Part shown: positions 26,601-36,818 of the stretch, in pieces
Layout: each line of letters opens with the position of its first letter
Position numbering within the stretch: the first letter of the stretch is position 1
NCBI GenBank assembly: GCA_038886535.1
Contig: JAVZXS010000006.1
Span: forward strand, 1 to 40,828
Source of the DNA: Candidatus Micrarchaeia archaeon
GTDB lineage: Archaea > Micrarchaeota > Micrarchaeia > CABMEP01
Direction of reading: 5' to 3'
Length of the DNA stretch: 40,828 bases
The notes under the pieces: model-generated
The model's input: only the letters and a program-made list of their open reading frames with translations
Told to the model about the DNA's origin: nothing
Database searches by the model: none
Translations under genes and position numbers: made by a program

Positions 26601-29600
26601 GCATACTAATAAATGGCACTCTATCTATATAAATGTGGTTAACCTTACTTAATTGCGATAATTCCACATAAGGCACTGTGCTTTTATAATAGTATAATTT
26701 ATCTCCGATTTCTTTTAAATTACCGAGATTAATATGTCCAACATCTGATAAGGCTAATTCCTGATTAACTTTAACCAAATTCTCTACATTAGTAAATGGA
26801 GTGTTTTGAATACTCAAAAAATCAACTTCTTTTAATTTATCAAGCTTGACTTTTGCATTGCCTTTACCATTAATACTTATAACAGATGCTGAAGACAAAT
26901 TTTCTAACGATATAGTTCCTTTGGAAGAAAGGTAAGCTTTTGTAATTCTTTCTAATGATGGTAAGTCAATGCCACTATCAACTTCTATGTCTAATCCGCT
27001 TGGTTCTACACTTTTTAATTCAGGAAAGTAAGCAATATCTTTAAAATTTCTGCCCGCTTTAATTTCAATAGTATCAAACAAGTCAGATTTTAACTTTTCT
27101 ATTTTTGAAATATCTACTTCCTCATAGAGAGGAATGCCTGCTATTTCTAAAGCATTTACTTCTCCAAACAGCGTATCAACTGGCATTACATAAGGTATTC
27201 TAAATACAAAATCATCTTCTGCTGTAATATTATCAAGATTGATTATCCCATTGCCAACATATAGTGTATTATTTTCTTCAATAAAACTTAAAGCATCTTG
27301 TTTGTAAAGCCTATTGTTATATTTATCTGCAATTTTCTTAATGTTTTCCCTTCTTTCCTCAAATGACATCTCCAAAAGTCTATCTCTGTTTTCAAGCAGC
27401 TCTTGTCTCATTTTGATATTATTAACAAATTCTTCTCCTCCCTTAAACCATTTATCTTTTACAAACTTCAGTATAGGCTCAAACATTACTTCCTCTATAT
27501 CTTGTCCTTTACCAATTCTACCCCTTATCTCAGTAATTCTGTCACCAATCGTTACTACCACTACCCTTGGATTTCCATCTTCATCAACAAACATGTGTAG
27601 GTCTCTGTTTTCTAAATAGCCTTGTGCGGCATATCTAATACACCACCCTGAAGTGGTAACTTTATTAGATAAATGTTGCACTAAGCCAATTGCATTGTAA
27701 TAATCTTCTTTGGTAGCATATTTGGATTTATCTGGAAATGATAGCCATCTTCCTTTTACATTTATATCATTAGGAGTTCCAGCAAGCCAATATTCAGTAA
27801 ATAGCCTCTCCATGTGTTCTGAGAATATGTCAAAGTAATTCAGAACCCATTTTCCCTCTATTCTTCCTTCTACAAGTCTATTATAAAAGTCTCTTACTGC
27901 CCCTGCTATTGGTGGAAGTGGCTTCTTTTGAAGCGTTGAGCTTGAAAGTTTATCAACTCTTACTTCATTACCGTCAATATATACGACATTCTTAACTATC
28001 CTTTGAAACATCAAAATATTAAATGGAAGTGGTAAATCAAGCTCGTTTAATACATCAATCCAATCAAAATATAGTCTTTGCAGTGTTATGTTTTCATGTT
28101 CAAGGATGTTATCTTCAAATTGCTCTCTGTCTATTATTCTATTTTCAAGTTGTTGTAAGTAGCCTGCTGTTTCAAAATCAAGCTCTCCTCTTTGTCTAAG
28201 TCTTCTTAATTCCTCTATTTCTCTATTAATATCTGCAATTCTTGTTCTGTAATATAATGGATCAAAGTTTGCAACCTTGTTTGATATATCTGCCCAATAG
28301 TCCATTAATTTTTGTATTTGCTCAATTGTTAACTGTTTACCCTTTATGACATCATTAAGTGCCGCCATTACTTCAGTGTTTATATCAAATTCCTCTGCTT
28401 CTTTACTAATCTCTCCTAAATATCTATCCCTGTATTCTCCTCTTAATGCTTTATTAAAGAAAGTAGCAACATCAACATAATTAAATCCTTCTCCTCTAAA
28501 GAGATGGTTTAGAGATACAAAAAATGCTTCTATTCTCGTGTAGAGATTGTTTATCCAATCAGGTAGTTTAATGCTTCTTTGTAAATAGTTAGCAAACATA
28601 TCGCATCTTTTTTCTGCATTAGGTTCAAACTTTTCAAGCCTTGAAAGTTCCTGTCTTGTTAATAGTAGCTTTTCTACATCATGCCAAGCTTCATGTCCAA
28701 GAGTAGTAACATTCATATTAGATAAAGATACTGCAATCATAGAACGCCATTTTTCACCATCAAAGTAAACCCTTTGCATGCCTGCAATTTCAACAGTTTC
28801 TTTTAAATCACCTAATGCCCATTTTTTAGCTACTTTATCTAAAGCCTCATCATCTACCACAATTCTATCGGCAAGTATAATTTCCGTATCAGGAGATACA
28901 ACTCTTCTGACAATATCAAGCATTTTGGCAATGCCTGATGCTTCTATTTGGCTTTCTGTTGCTAATGCTATTTTTATACCTGTTTCTGTTTCAATAATTT
29001 GTCTATGGTCTCCGATGCCTTTATTGATGCTTTGATTATTTCTAATCTCGTAATCAGTCGTTTCTTCCCATATAATTTTGGTTTGTTGATAAGTTCTTGA
29101 GGCTTCATCTTTTAAGACCTCCATTTTGTTTATTAAATTAGCTTCCTCTAATGAGTAGCCTTGTAATACCTTCTCTATATTCCCTGATAATATCTTAAAG
29201 AAAGCTCTTAATTTTGTAGAGTTATCTTTATTTGCCTGTAAAAATCTTGCTATCTCTATTGCCTCTTTACTGAATTGCTTGCCAAATAGGTCTTGATTTT
29301 TGACAAAGGTATCAACAAGCATACCCATACTGTCTGCTCTTCTTACTATATCAACAGCTTCTGTAACATCTCCGAATACATCATATTTCTTTGCCTGCTT
29401 TTTAAAGTTTTTAGAAATACTTATAAACCTGTCATAAGCAGAAGATAGAGCGGTTAATACTTTTGCTGTAAGTTTATCTTCAGCATTATTAAGTAAGTCT
29501 ATAAGTTGCTGATTGTTATATTCCTTTGCAAGATTTCTTATTTTAATCTCAATATCTTCAGGCAAAGCTAACTGAAAACTGATTTGTTCTTGCCTTCTAA

Positions 29601-31866
29601 GATTAGCTAAAGCATCATTGATTATTTGTTCTTTAGTGCGTGGTGTTATCTCTACTAAAGCAGGTTGATTTAATAATTTAGCTTCCTTTTCTACCTCTTG
29701 TGCTAAACTTTTAAAGAATGAAGTTAATGCTTTAGCACTTCTTATGTTATTAGCTATGTATTGAGCAATTTGTATAACACTTTCTGGTGGTTTTTCAAAC
29801 AATGGAACTTGATTAAGCCATTGCTGAAAATTCATGCCACTTTTCTTGATATTTCTATATAAGTCTATTGCATCAACAAGTGAATTAATAACTCCAAAAT
29901 CATTCTTATATACAGACCTTAAAACAGCAAAGTTTTTAGCTACCTGATTGAGAGATTTAATAATGTTCTGTATATCTACATCTAAAGCCTCTGATTGAAG
30001 CTCTTGTAGTTTTCTATTTTGAAATGCCTTTGCAAACAACAAAGCTTGTAATCTATTATACAGTTGCCTTGTATAACCTGTGGGTGATACATATTGAGCA
30101 ACTTCAGTATGTGGTAATGACTTTAAAAAAGCCTCTACGAATTCTTTATTAGCAGGACTTAATATGTTTCCACTTTCATCTATATTGAGTAATGCAAAGA
30201 TATTATCAGGAAGCCTTTTAGCATCTGCTTCTGCCTGTTCTGCTGGAGACATAGCCAATGTAGTTCTTGTATTAGCAAGATAGGTAAACTCCTTTCTATC
30301 AACTGGTGTTTGTCTTATTCTTACTAATACAGGATTTTTAATTTGTTTTACAGCTTCAGGATTAATACCAAATCTATCTGCGTTTTCTATAAGATAGTTT
30401 TTGTATTGGTCGGCTAATCCCATTTGATAAGCATATTGCAAAGCTATGGTTCTTGCGTTACCGCTTTCTACTATCAAGTCTTCTCCTACTATTGGAGCGC
30501 CCTCTGTAACTGTTTTAGAGCTTTCAAGTAACTCTGGTCTTATATCTTGAGCTATTTGTTGTATTTGAAGTTGTGAAGCTACCTTGTCTCTTTGTCTTGG
30601 CTGTAATTCCTGAGGATAAGCAATATTTATATTGCCTTCAACATCATGGCTTGCTATAAGGCTTTCAGCAGGAACAATAGCATAGGTAACATCTATTGTT
30701 CTATTATCTGGGGTAAATACTTTTTCTGTTTTACCTAATATTAATCCTATTCTTTCTGCTTCTTTTTGTGTTTCAGTTTCCTCTATTATGGGTGGAGTTA
30801 TTTTTACTGCTTCTTTTGCTTTTTCTTCTATTACAGTTTCAGGTTTTCCTTCTTCTTTTGTAGGTTCCTTTTCTTTTTCTTCTGGAACTATTTCCTCTTT
30901 TACTTCAGAATAGAATAAAGGAGTTTGCTTTGCTATTGTTTGTCTGATTTTTTCTGCCTCTTGTTTATACTGCTGATACGCTTTCTCTGCTTTATATGTC
31001 GGTGGTATTAATACAGCACCCTGTATACCTGCGGCAAGAGTTGATACTATACCTGTTTCAAGCAACCTATCAGCAACTTCTTTTAATGTCATGTCCTCCC
31101 TTAAAATGCCTTTGTCTGCGGCAATTTGCACTACTTCTGTTAAAAGTTCACCAAATACTTCATTTGTCAAATATTTAGTTGCATAGGTAAAGAAATTCTT
31201 ACCTGTTCCTCTTAATAAAACTTTTAATGGAAATCTTTCTCCTATAAACTCACCTGCAGAATAAATAGAACCATAGATAAGGGATGTTAGTTTACTAAAT
31301 CCTTTTTCTCTACTTTCATGATAAGCATTTAATCCTGCCATGCTAAGTAATGGTGCTAAAGCCACTGTTGGTTTCTTTGTTACAACACCAGCAATGATAA
31401 ATGGTAAGTTAGTTCCTACTGCGTTTAAAGCTGATATAATTGTTCTTTCTGTATCTGATGAAGCAGTCTTATATACTTTTTCAATCTCTTTTGCGGCATC
31501 GTTAGCTATATCTATTCCCTTTTTTTCAATAAACAGTTGTAAATTGTTATAAGCATTTTCAAGATCTCCAAAATATTTTTTTGCTATATTTGCTGTATCT
31601 TTATCCTGATATAGCATAGTCCTTATACCCTCTTCAGAAGGAGTAAACCCTGTTTCACCAATAAACCTCATTGCCCCACCAAGTCCACCCTTAAAAGAGT
31701 TATAAATAGTTTTCCATATTCTGGTGAATGTATTTCCTCTTTCGGGCAAGCTTTTCCATATCTCATCTGTTATTGGTATAGGATTACCAAGTAAGCCTTG
31801 TTGATTTGCTTGCTCTTGTTTAAAAAACTCATCTGCTGGTATAGGTTCTCCTAATAGTCTTTCCAT
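23647..31866 (-). CDS. Giant polyvalent internal virion/ejection protein (2,739 aa)
   Basis: ddrB-ParB-like domain (LIASHD..YPQELQPRQR..GAPIV..VESGNART), HEAWH zincin motif, GWC motif, LxxL repeat region, YLPHFRLGRF (PLxRFG-like). Last of the ejection-protein series. Confidence 0.8.
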   Translation of the reverse strand: MERLLGEPIPADEFFKQEQANQQGLLGNPIPITDEIWKSLPERGNTFTRIWKTIYNSFKGGLGGAMRFIGETGFTPSEEGIRTMLYQDKDTANIAKKYFGDLENAYNNLQLFIEKKGIDIANDAAKEIEKVYKTASSDTERTIISALNAVGTNLPFIIAGVVTKKPTVALAPLLSMAGLNAYHESREKGFSKLTSLIYGSIYSAGEFIGERFPLKVLLRGTGKNFFTYATKYLTNEVFGELLTEVVQIAADKGILREDMTLKEVADRLLETGIVSTLAAGIQGAVLIPPTYKAEKAYQQYKQEAEKIRQTIAKQTPLFYSEVKEEIVPEEKEKEPTKEEGKPETVIEEKAKEAVKITPPIIEETETQKEAERIGLILGKTEKVFTPDNRTIDVTYAIVPAESLIASHDVEGNINIAYPQELQPRQRDKVASQLQIQQIAQDIRPELLESSKTVTEGAPIVGEDLIVESGNARTIALQYAYQMGLADQYKNYLIENADRFGINPEAVKQIKNPVLVRIRQTPVDRKEFTYLANTRTTLAMSPAEQAEADAKRLPDNIFALLNIDESGNILSPANKEFVEAFLKSLPHTEVAQYVSPTGYTRQLYNRLQALLFAKAFQNRKLQELQSEALDVDIQNIIKSLNQVAKNFAVLRSVYKNDFGVINSLVDAIDLYRNIKKSGMNFQQWLNQVPLFEKPPESVIQIAQYIANNIRSAKALTSFFKSLAQEVEKEAKLLNQPALVEITPRTKEQIINDALANLRRQEQISFQLALPEDIEIKIRNLAKEYNNQQLIDLLNNAEDKLTAKVLTALSSAYDRFISISKNFKKQAKKYDVFGDVTEAVDIVRRADSMGMLVDTFVKNQDLFGKQFSKEAIEIARFLQANKDNSTKLRAFFKILSGNIEKVLQGYSLEEANLINKMEVLKDEASRTYQQTKIIWEETTDYEIRNNQSINKGIGDHRQIIETETGIKIALATESQIEASGIAKMLDIVRRVVSPDTEIILADRIVVDDEALDKVAKKWALGDLKETVEIAGMQRVYFDGEKWRSMIAVSLSNMNVTTLGHEAWHDVEKLLLTRQELSRLEKFEPNAEKRCDMFANYLQRSIKLPDWINNLYTRIEAFFVSLNHLFRGEGFNYVDVATFFNKALRGEYRDRYLGEISKEAEEFDINTEVMAALNDVIKGKQLTIEQIQKLMDYWADISNKVANFDPLYYRTRIADINREIEELRRLRQRGELDFETAGYLQQLENRIIDREQFEDNILEHENITLQRLYFDWIDVLNELDLPLPFNILMFQRIVKNVVYIDGNEVRVDKLSSSTLQKKPLPPIAGAVRDFYNRLVEGRIEGKWVLNYFDIFSEHMERLFTEYWLAGTPNDINVKGRWLSFPDKSKYATKEDYYNAIGLVQHLSNKVTTSGWCIRYAAQGYLENRDLHMFVDEDGNPRVVVVTIGDRITEIRGRIGKGQDIEEVMFEPILKFVKDKWFKGGEEFVNNIKMRQELLENRDRLLEMSFEERRENIKKIADKYNNRLYKQDALSFIEENNTLYVGNGIINLDNITAEDDFVFRIPYVMPVDTLFGEVNALEIAGIPLYEEVDISKIEKLKSDLFDTIEIKAGRNFKDIAYFPELKSVEPSGLDIEVDSGIDLPSLERITKAYLSSKGTISLENLSSASVISINGKGNAKVKLDKLKEVDFLSIQNTPFTNVENLVKVNQELALSDVGHINLGNLKEIGDKLYYYKSTVPYVELSQLSKVNHIYIDRVPFISMPALSKTVNLIVNKNSTAVLDSLVEVVGLHVSDGSTLIAPNVTELLYKIVTKNADFVYIPKLQAKMLQQEQINSIVEKYNEAIQTGSLPQDFIYIEELLNEFPLEKQAKIKELVEKKLKQIEKYEQIQNMALTEEDLSIEDIDFDINRKFLESLNKKAPPIYERLYDKLGTAISDITGIAKSMLRVPWWNEVIKPLTKTLYKINARANVISNEAKEYLRPYIELKDKTRVNRLLLQGDAQQKTYKRYELEAIGLTEEEIKAYYGVRKALDYIQKIGLKRFMLDAGWTEQEADEFIEAHYINGYLPHFRLGRFGVWVGVPDEKKGKVTIHYEAFDTMLEAKKFAEEITKNGLPNEAIEYARENNIDFSGYNVFIIDTKRGKANRIMGEGVNEGHLIGFSVKDPSVVATIHRYLPMLDAYLEAKGVSNEEIKKFTQIVDKEYLKILAKGRLSKRAGVSGYDIDVEKIVKSYIDTVPLALAKKFYYVDVVKELEKIAKTNGELYIYARDLVDYYYGRKDFENAFNVRVRALMYLYYLGLKPAFMFVNLSQRFMTTIWYAYYLDGEKGLEAFAKATPLEFRIYKDAVADFIRGKRFLDTVTEAKYIEPELKNILIRMIKEGELEAIMHKDIGFRDKALKALSIFGNLSERSNRLNAAITAYLIGKNKGITGEALYEFTSDFIFNTQFLYSQANRPNIGRGLLAPFFIFKSYILNYINFLSHIYPNKKAFYSSLALAIALSGLEGIPLLDSLIEIIIGIVSKKDPQFRLKVNEAKKEIPLFVRKGLLAEIGLDGSITFGAPELFDAAMFPIITEMVRAKSLWGREDIDTSELIKRVSPTMVKRAIGAYTLFTEGLPTDIFGKPHITLMDIQRMPNPLKKKIIEVYFNLPNEIPEHEKWLYALGFTTPTLNMYYEDITAIKKSVDNYKTQVNEYSKAIAKSLVKGDNDTAMAYMRKAFESGYYVSPQSLKYHLTEYMLKQKRVEEYLEEKE

Positions 31867-31869
31867 AGA

Positions 31870-33024
31870 CTACCTCGCAAGTGGTATAATTTGACCACCA
31901 ATTGTTACTACTTTTTTGCCATTGTATTCATAAACAGGTAAATCAAATTTTCTACCTGTTGTTGTCTTTACACTCAAAAGCCTACCATCATTTTTAAACT
32001 CATAACTCATTATTTTTTCTCCAGCAAGCAATTGAGGAGCTTTATTAACATCTTCTCTTGTCAATGTAGGAAGTTGCATCTTCTGTTCTTTAGGCTTGCC
32101 ACCTACTTGTTCTTTTTCATTCTGTGGTATAAGTCTATCTTTCTCTAAACTTCCTAAAGTCTCCTTTGGTTCATAACCAATAGAACCATAGTAATTTAAC
32201 AAATCTATTCTACTTTCTGGGACATATTTAGTATCTCCTGTTTTTGGATTATGTAGAACGATAAGTTTTTCTTTTGCTTTCAACGATGCCATTATCTCAG
32301 TTTTTTTCTTTTCAAGTTTTGAAGTTACTATATCTTTAAGTGTATTCCTTATCAAGTTAAAGTTTTCTTTAATTGATTTTATAGCTTCAAGTTGAGTTGC
32401 TACTTGAGCTTTTAACATATCAACATTAATACCCAGCTTTTCAAGCTCAGTTTTAAAGGCTATATCATTAGCCTTTAACTTGTAATCTAATGCTTTCAGT
32501 TGTATTTCTCTGTTTTTAATCTCTGTCTCTGTTTTAATTTGCCATTCCTTAAGAGCTTGTTCGTATTGCTCTTTATCTGCGTTTTTAAAAGCAGTGTAAA
32601 GGCTATTTACCATTGTAATATTTTCTCCATATTTACCAGGATTTACAAAAGCAAATATAGACAACATAGAAGGAATAATTTGCTTAAATATAATGTCTCC
32701 TGTTGTTTTAGGAGTTGTAAATTGTTCCATTTTGGGTGGTTCTTCTATCTTATAAGAGACTACTTTTTCTGCTTCTTGTAGTATAGGAACAGTTTTTTCT
32801 GAATATTTGTCAAGCGTAGAGGCTTTTTGTTTAAAGGTTTCTTGCATTTGTTTCATGTTTTCGTTAAGTGCGTTATAGTATGGAGTTAGTGCTTCTATTT
32901 CTTTAGCAATAGACACTAATTGCAACCTATTAATATCATCAATGCTAATATTTCCTTTGCCTGTTATTTTACTTGTTACTTCTTGTGCAAATTGAATTGA
33001 TGGGTCTTTGATTAACTGTTCCAT
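31870..33024 (-). CDS. Putative internal virion/ejection protein
   Basis: Coiled-coil; GGAGG SD; position before the giant protein. Confidence 0.6.
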   Translation of the reverse strand: MEQLIKDPSIQFAQEVTSKITGKGNISIDDINRLQLVSIAKEIEALTPYYNALNENMKQMQETFKQKASTLDKYSEKTVPILQEAEKVVSYKIEEPPKMEQFTTPKTTGDIIFKQIIPSMLSIFAFVNPGKYGENITMVNSLYTAFKNADKEQYEQALKEWQIKTETEIKNREIQLKALDYKLKANDIAFKTELEKLGINVDMLKAQVATQLEAIKSIKENFNLIRNTLKDIVTSKLEKKKTEIMASLKAKEKLIVLHNPKTGDTKYVPESRIDLLNYYGSIGYEPKETLGSLEKDRLIPQNEKEQVGGKPKEQKMQLPTLTREDVNKAPQLLAGEKIMSYEFKNDGRLLSVKTTTGRKFDLPVYEYNGKKVVTIGGQIIPLAR

Positions 33025-33033
33025 TTTTGCCTC

Positions 33034-33699
33034 CTATAATCCTATTTCTTTTAACCATTTTTCTGTTGTTGTTTCAAGGGGAGATTTAAGAAAGCCAAAT
33101 CTTTGACCTACATCTAAAGCTCCTATCTGAAATTGCTTTATAAATGGGTTTAACGCAGTTTTAATCTCATCATCAGTAAAATCAAGCTGTTTTAATAAAT
33201 CTACTGTCTGTTTCATAAAATTAATAGATGTCTTATAAGCCTTCTGATAAGAAGGCAATAGTTCTTGATATTGACCTCGTGCTTTACTAAGACCTGTTTC
33301 TTCTGGAGTAGGCAATACTGTATAAGCTCCTGCAAGTTTTAATGCACCACCAAGATTTGATGCAGTTTGTTGATATTGAGACATTATATCTTGGGTAACA
33401 TTCTGTATAGGTTCTGCTCTCTTCTGCAACATTTCACTTGCCTTTTGTGAATATATGCTTTCATAAGGAGTTATAGAGGCTTGACCTACTGCATTAGATA
33501 AAGCAAACTTTAAACCCTCTAAAGCTCTATTTTGTAAAGATTGAACAAACTCTTGAGTTTTTCCTATTTGTTTTTCTCCCCAATTTTGTATTTGTTGCAA
33601 AAATGGAGATATATCCATGCTTGCATTTTTGCTAAATGTTTCTACTTGTTTATAATATGGTGAATAATATGGTTTTACAGTCTCCCTCTTGCCACCCAT
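33034..33699 (-). CDS. Putative internal virion protein
   Basis: MGGK start; Q/S/A-rich and helical; GGAGG SD. Confidence 0.6.
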   Translation of the reverse strand: MGGKRETVKPYYSPYYKQVETFSKNASMDISPFLQQIQNWGEKQIGKTQEFVQSLQNRALEGLKFALSNAVGQASITPYESIYSQKASEMLQKRAEPIQNVTQDIMSQYQQTASNLGGALKLAGAYTVLPTPEETGLSKARGQYQELLPSYQKAYKTSINFMKQTVDLLKQLDFTDDEIKTALNPFIKQFQIGALDVGQRFGFLKSPLETTTEKWLKEIGL

Positions 33700-33701
33700 G
33701 G

Positions 33702-33851
33702 TTACCTCCTCTTTTTGTTTTTAATCTTTATCCACTTGCCACCTTTTCCTCTTCTGTAACCAGTTGATGTTAAACATATAGCCCACGCAGAATTATCCTC
33801 ATAACCTTTTTGCTTTAATTTTTTTACACATCTGTCTAACTTTGCTGGCAT
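33702..33851 (-). CDS. Small basic 49-aa protein
   Basis: Manual translation MPAKLDRCVKKLKQKGYEDNSAWAICLTSTGYRRGKGGKWIKIKNKKRR*; GGAGG SD. Confidence 0.65.
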   Translation of the reverse strand: MPAKLDRCVKKLKQKGYEDNSAWAICLTSTGYRRGKGGKWIKIKNKKRR

Positions 33852-33852
33852 T

Positions 33853-34587
33853 TTATTGCCTCCAATTATAGTTTACATACTTGTCAATGCCTGAAGTATC
33901 TACTCTCAAGGTCGGAGTTGTTAATGGCACTGTCGGTGGATTTAAAGTTATTTTAGGAGTTGATTGTATAGACGATAACGCACTACCTATTCCCGAGAAC
34001 CCTGATGCCGCTGATGATAAAGACTGTTGTAACAGTTGCCCTTGTGCCGCTTTTTGTGATAGCCTTAATTGAGCTTCTGCAAGTTCTCTCTGTTGTTGAA
34101 TTTGCGCTCCTGATAGCTTTAACTGTGCAGAAGCCATCAAATCTTTTATATACTGTTCATTCAAACCTGACAAAGATAAAGCATCGCTTAATTGTGTCCT
34201 TAATAAATCAGTGTAAAAGGAAGCATACTTTTTGTTAAGTTCATTTATTGCTTGTAGTGCTATTGATGAATTCTGTAACCCTGCCGCTGATAGCCTTTGT
34301 TCTACTTGTTTCTTTGCTTCATTCCACCATTCGTCAAGTTTAGCTTGATATGCTGGAATTAGCTTGCCTTCATTATAAAGTCTTACTGCGTTTTGTGCGG
34401 CAATTCTTGCTTCCTCTGATAAAGCCTGATTATTAGCTATTGCCGCATCAATCTTTGCAAAATCCTGTTCAGGCAACTTAACCTCTGGTATATGAATTTT
34501 TGGTGGATTTAATGCAGATATAGCTCCTACTATTCCTGATACTGCAGATACTATACCACTTATTAATGTCGCTGTTTCAAAGCCCAT
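33853..34587 (-). CDS. Putative DNA ejection/pilot protein
   Basis: Gly/Ala-rich hydrophobic N-terminus, RLSAAGLQNSS, Q/A-rich body; typical position after tail genes. Confidence 0.6.
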   Translation of the reverse strand: MGFETATLISGIVSAVSGIVGAISALNPPKIHIPEVKLPEQDFAKIDAAIANNQALSEEARIAAQNAVRLYNEGKLIPAYQAKLDEWWNEAKKQVEQRLSAAGLQNSSIALQAINELNKKYASFYTDLLRTQLSDALSLSGLNEQYIKDLMASAQLKLSGAQIQQQRELAEAQLRLSQKAAQGQLLQQSLSSAASGFSGIGSALSSIQSTPKITLNPPTVPLTTPTLRVDTSGIDKYVNYNWRQ

Positions 34588-34590
34588 ATT

Positions 34591-34977
34591 TTACCTCCTT
34601 TTGACATAATATGTTTTTTTAGTTTTTCTTTTATGAAACAATATCCCTTTAACATCGTATTTGTCAAGCAATCTCTTGAATATTGCAATACCATCGTTAT
34701 CTATTTTACCTCCTGCAAATATAACTACTAATACTTCTCCCTTGTTATCACAATCTGAGAAGCATTTATATAACAAGCTATCATCTTCTGCTAACTGCAT
34801 TGCTTCTTTTTCTGTTGTAAAGCAGTAAAACAATACCTGATAAGAATTACCTTTATTTAAAATAATGAATTGTCCTTTTTCATAGCATTTTATCACATAA
34901 GGAAATATGTTAATAACTTGTTCTATATCGTGGCTACATATAGCAAATAGTATATCAAATATATTACTCAGCTTCAT
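34591..34977 (-). CDS. Hypothetical protein
   Basis: Start refined to ATG 34977 directly after the upstream stop. Confidence 0.55.
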   Translation of the reverse strand: MKLSNIFDILFAICSHDIEQVINIFPYVIKCYEKGQFIILNKGNSYQVLFYCFTTEKEAMQLAEDDSLLYKCFSDCDNKGEVLVVIFAGGKIDNDGIAIFKRLLDKYDVKGILFHKRKTKKTYYVKRR

Positions 34978-34978
34978 C

Positions 34979-35377
34979 TTACTCACCAATAATAAGTTTA
35001 ATGGTTCTGAATAAAGTATCATGTATGTCTCTTTCTGTTTTAAGCATATACTCAAGGTTCATGTCATATATTGGTGAAGGATAATTCCTCGGGAATACAT
35101 ATACAGGAATTTCAAGTTTACTACCAATTTGATTAAGAAAATCATAATAAATCATATGTTGTTTTTGATTAACAGAGAAAAAATGTTTTATTGTATCTTC
35201 TTTATCAGGGAGTAATACAGGTAAGTTATAGTAAGATACTTTTAACCCAAGGGAATAAGCATCTGCTAACGCACTTAACCAATTAGCCATTTCTTGATGC
35301 TCGTTCATGTGTATAAGGTTGTATTTCCTCCAAAATTGTTCATTATTCTCATAAACTATTGGCAACTTACTATACAT
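34979..35377 (-). CDS. Hypothetical virion-module protein
   Basis: Coupled ORF with repeated H-x2-(E/Q/I)H helices. Confidence 0.6.
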   Translation of the reverse strand: MYSKLPIVYENNEQFWRKYNLIHMNEHQEMANWLSALADAYSLGLKVSYYNLPVLLPDKEDTIKHFFSVNQKQHMIYYDFLNQIGSKLEIPVYVFPRNYPSPIYDMNLEYMLKTERDIHDTLFRTIKLIIGE

Positions 35378-36818
35378 ACCTTGCTCCTAATGTTCCTGTT
35401 AGTTTCAATAATATAAGTTCACTGTATTCGTTAGTATCTTGAGAAATCTGTAAATCAAATTCTGTAACTCTTTTACTTAATACCTGCGGTAAAGGATAGT
35501 AAACATTAACGAAAAAATCAGTAGGTTGATGTAAGAAAAAATTAATAGAAGACGATGTTTGTGGAATTAAATTGGCATTTTCATTTACAATTACTAAGAA
35601 TGGAGTTTGTTTAACTACATATTGTCTTTGCATATTAATACCGCCTATACTGTATTTGTTTGCTCCTCTACCATACATAGTTAAAGCTCTTATATTGTAA
35701 TAAACTGTTTCTCCACTGAAAAACTTTTTTGAATAAACTCGCAAAGGTAAATACTCACTACCACCAAACAATTTATAGACTTTATTGTTTGATAGATAAT
35801 ATGTATCAACATAATCTGAAGTGCATATTGCATCTGCATCAATATTTAAGGCATACCATCTCTTTAGTAAGGTATTGTAGCAATACATAGCATATTCATC
35901 TTGATTAATGTATTTCTTTGCTATTACTGCTATATAAGGCTGTTGCTGATATTGAAATAAGCCTACTGCTTTAACTTCTCTTGTCATATTAGTAATAGCA
36001 TCATCTATCTTTTGTGGCATAGTAGCAATCATTGAATACATGCCAAGTTGTGAATGGAAGTATATCGTATGCTCTATTACCACATATTTTCTTATACCTG
36101 TTATACCAAGTCCACCACTTAATTCGGTTAAATACCACTGAGTAGGGTCATTAGAGATTGTAGTTCCTATCAATCCCATAATATTCTTGTCTGAAAATAA
36201 AAATACTGTATCTTCTTTAGGTATTATCGCAAGTATCTTGCTATATTCACCAACTGATGGAGAAATCCACCCTGCTCCTTGAGATGTGTTAAATATGTTA
36301 TTTGGGTCGCCTGTTGGGTCAGGATTAGCAACAGAGAATGTAACTGTTCTATCTTTTGCTATAAATATTCTACCCTTCCAATAACCTATTGCATCTCCAA
36401 GTATATTAGTGCTTGTAAGATTGTATATAGTGCTTCCATTAAAGACAATTAGTCCATTGCGTGTTACTATCCAGAGATACTGATTATCCTGAACACACCA
36501 ATCGCAAATTGTATCGGACATAGATGTTGAAGCAATAACCTCACCATTTGCATTGTAAAACACTATTTCACTACCTGTAAGAACAACATGATATAAAGCA
36601 CCCAGAAAGGCATTAAAATAGAACTTTGCAGATGTCGTAGAAATAAGAATAGAAGGAGATGGTGGAGTTTCAATAGCTCCTGTAAGTTTAGGTAATCCTT
36701 CAATCCAAACTGATGCTTTCTCGCTAATACTATAAGGGTCTTGAGAAGTAACTAATCCTTCCCAAGGTTGCATGGCTATATTAAATCTGTTTACTAAAGT
36801 TCTTGTTTTTTTGGGCAT
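35370..36818 (-). CDS. Putative tail nozzle / packaged-DNA stabilisation protein
   Basis: Beta-propeller-like (YWKGRIFIA..TVTFS, IYFHSQLGMY); follows the adaptor gene as in podoviruses. Confidence 0.65.
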   Translation of the reverse strand: MPKKTRTLVNRFNIAMQPWEGLVTSQDPYSISEKASVWIEGLPKLTGAIETPPSPSILISTTSAKFYFNAFLGALYHVVLTGSEIVFYNANGEVIASTSMSDTICDWCVQDNQYLWIVTRNGLIVFNGSTIYNLTSTNILGDAIGYWKGRIFIAKDRTVTFSVANPDPTGDPNNIFNTSQGAGWISPSVGEYSKILAIIPKEDTVFLFSDKNIMGLIGTTISNDPTQWYLTELSGGLGITGIRKYVVIEHTIYFHSQLGMYSMIATMPQKIDDAITNMTREVKAVGLFQYQQQPYIAVIAKKYINQDEYAMYCYNTLLKRWYALNIDADAICTSDYVDTYYLSNNKVYKLFGGSEYLPLRVYSKKFFSGETVYYNIRALTMYGRGANKYSIGGINMQRQYVVKQTPFLVIVNENANLIPQTSSSINFFLHQPTDFFVNVYYPLPQVLSKRVTEFDLQISQDTNEYSELILLKLTGTLGARYV

